From Amphiscolops sp. MND2022 (taxonomy: Eukaryota), in contig OZ076409.1 of the NCBI GenBank assembly GCA_964187785.1, positions 14,448,001 to 14,512,000 on the forward strand: a stretch of 64,000 nt of DNA, in the 5' to 3' direction. The notes under the pieces were generated by a model. That model worked only from the letters and a program-made list of their open reading frames with translations, did no database searches and was not told the origin of the DNA. Positions 62,683 through 64,000 of this stretch are shown one piece after another (position 1 is the first letter of the stretch; each line of letters begins with the position of its first letter). Position numbers and translations under genes: made by a program.

Positions 62683-63606
62683 TTAATCTTCTAACCTATT
62701 TATTAATAAATAGTTGTATTTTTCTTTCCATGCCTCTCTGCACAATTCCTTGAATTCGTCATAAGACATATCAAAACCAGCTATGTCTCTATAAATGTGT
62801 TCTACATCTTTCAATGTTTGTTGAAATAAAATTATGATATTACTATTGTTTCTAATTGTTCTTTTAGGTAAATCAAAGTATGACTGTGATAAATAATAAA
62901 CATCTAAATCGTTATGTCTTCCCCTAGTAAAAAATGGATCTATTAATTTCTGTGAAGTGTCCAACATATCATCAAATACAACACAACAATTTTGAAAATC
63001 TTGAATACTTCTGTCTTCTAGATCTTCTTCCACTGAAACATCTTCTATTTCAATTTTATTGTATTGTTCCGGACTCCTCGTAATGATACATATCTTTTGT
63101 TCAGGATTATCTAAGCGAATTAATTGTAATTTGTTTAATAACAAATGGGTCTTACCACAAAATGATGGGCCAACTATCAATGTCCTATTACAATTATTAT
63201 CAATTTGATTATTATTATCATCAATTTGATTATTATGATTTTCATTATCATCATCAATTTGATTTTCATTATCATCATCAATTTGATTATTATCAATTTG
63301 ATTATTATCATCATCAATTTGATTTTCATTATCATCGTCAATTTGATTATTATTTAAATAATATACATCTTCTAATAAATTAATACATCTTTTTAAATGT
63401 TTTGATAAATAAGTTTCATTGAATTCTTTATTACAGAATTCACATTTTACTTTTTTATTGAAACATTCTATACATGTACTATACAATTTACCATTTCTAT
63501 ATTTGTAGAAATCTGTTTTCAGTATATTGCACACTTTACATCTTTTTTTATTCTCACAATCGGAGCAGACAGATTTTTCATTACTTTTTCCACAAATTAA
63601 ACACAT
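62683..63606 (-). CDS. FtsK/HerA-superfamily (A32-like) DNA-packaging ATPase with N-terminal zinc fingers
   Basis: RTLIVGPSFCGKT (Walker A), CCVVFDD (Walker B), FTRGRH, YLSQSYFDLPKRTIRNNSNIIILF. The original C-terminus probably extended to about 62604. Confidence 0.93.
   Translation of the reverse strand: MCLICGKSNEKSVCSDCENKKRCKVCNILKTDFYKYRNGKLYSTCIECFNKKVKCEFCNKEFNETYLSKHLKRCINLLEDVYYLNNNQIDDDNENQIDDDNNQIDNNQIDDDNENQIDDDNENHNNQIDDNNNQIDNNCNRTLIVGPSFCGKTHLLLNKLQLIRLDNPEQKICIITRSPEQYNKIEIEDVSVEEDLEDRSIQDFQNCCVVFDDMLDTSQKLIDPFFTRGRHNDLDVYYLSQSYFDLPKRTIRNNSNIIILFQQTLKDVEHIYRDIAGFDMSYDEFKELCREAWKEKYNYLLINRLED
63190..63355 (-). repeat. Coding minisatellite (NQIDDDNE-like units) linking the zinc fingers to the ATPase
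   Basis: Repeated ATCATCAATTTGATT units on the plus strand that keep the reading frame. Confidence 0.9.
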
Positions 63607-63629
63607 CTTTTATTTAGTAAAAAATCACT

Positions 63630-63726
63630 AAATCACTAAGCAAATTCACTAAGGGTTTATCTTTTTAAGTGTAACATGTTTGCTTAGTGACAAAAAAATG
63701 CTCTTAGTGAATTTGCTTAGTGATTT
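63630..63726. promoter_or_regulatory. Intergenic 24-bp perfect inverted repeat with multiple CACTAAG motifs
   Basis: AAATCACTAAGCAAATTCACTAAG (63630-63653) and CTTAGTGAATTTGCTTAGTGATTT (63703-63726). Regulatory role inferred from position only. Confidence 0.55.
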
Positions 63727-63763
63727 TACTAAGAAAATTACTAAGAAATCAAACCCATTATTT

Positions 63764-63988
63764 TTATTTTAAACTATTTGTAATGCTAGATTTACCGTAA
63801 TTAATTGCTTGTTCCATTATTATATTCTTGAAATCTTCTTTAAGTTTATCTGAAATTAGTGGTTGTTGCATTCTATCGATGTAGTTGTCTATTTTAGATT
63901 CATTTACTTTAATTTTATTTTGTTTACAATAATATACATAATAAAAAGCTACATTAAAAGGTGTTATTCCAATTGTTTGATCTGACAT
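63764..63988 (-). CDS. Hypothetical viral protein (74 aa)
   Basis: ATG-started ORF inside the gene-dense element, same strand as the ATPase; no recognisable motif. Confidence 0.5.
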   Translation of the reverse strand: MSDQTIGITPFNVAFYYVYYCKQNKIKVNESKIDNYIDRMQQPLISDKLKEDFKNIIMEQAINYGKSSITNSLK

Positions 63989-64000
63989 ATCTTCTAGGAA

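Larger units (their letters stand above)
59387..64000. mobile_element. Polinton/Maverick (adintovirus-like) endogenous virus, left end; continues beyond the window
   Basis: AGTAGT terminus at 59387, abrupt switch to densely packed intronless AT-rich ORFs, adenain protease, minor capsid-like protein and A32-type ATPase. Confidence 0.93.

Noticed and set aside
63162..63383. Tyr/His-rich 73-aa plus-strand ORF
   Set aside because: Antisense shadow of the ATPase linker repeat.

Overview
AT-rich eukaryotic (probably invertebrate animal) nuclear DNA made almost entirely of mobile-element sequence; no host gene can be called with confidence. The window opens in the decayed integrase and 3' LTR of a Ty3/Gypsy element (1-2013). 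The middle holds a probable solo LTR carrying an ORF, a truncated Gypsy gag, a complete non-autonomous LTR element (51782-56192), two families of DINE-1/Helentron-like rolling-circle elements, several MITE families, a tRNA-derived SINE, a 771-bp almost spacer-less palindrome, mini/microsatellites and a 200-N gap. The most interesting part is the last 4.6 kb: the left end of an endogenous Polinton/Maverick (adintovirus-like) element starting at an AGTAGT terminus (59387). It encodes an adenain-type protease, a minor capsid protein, putative core proteins and a packaging ATPase fused to N-terminal zinc fingers. All five plus-strand genes start in a TAAATG context, the poxvirus late-promoter motif, which suggests (inference only) dependence on a cytoplasmic large-DNA-virus transcription apparatus.
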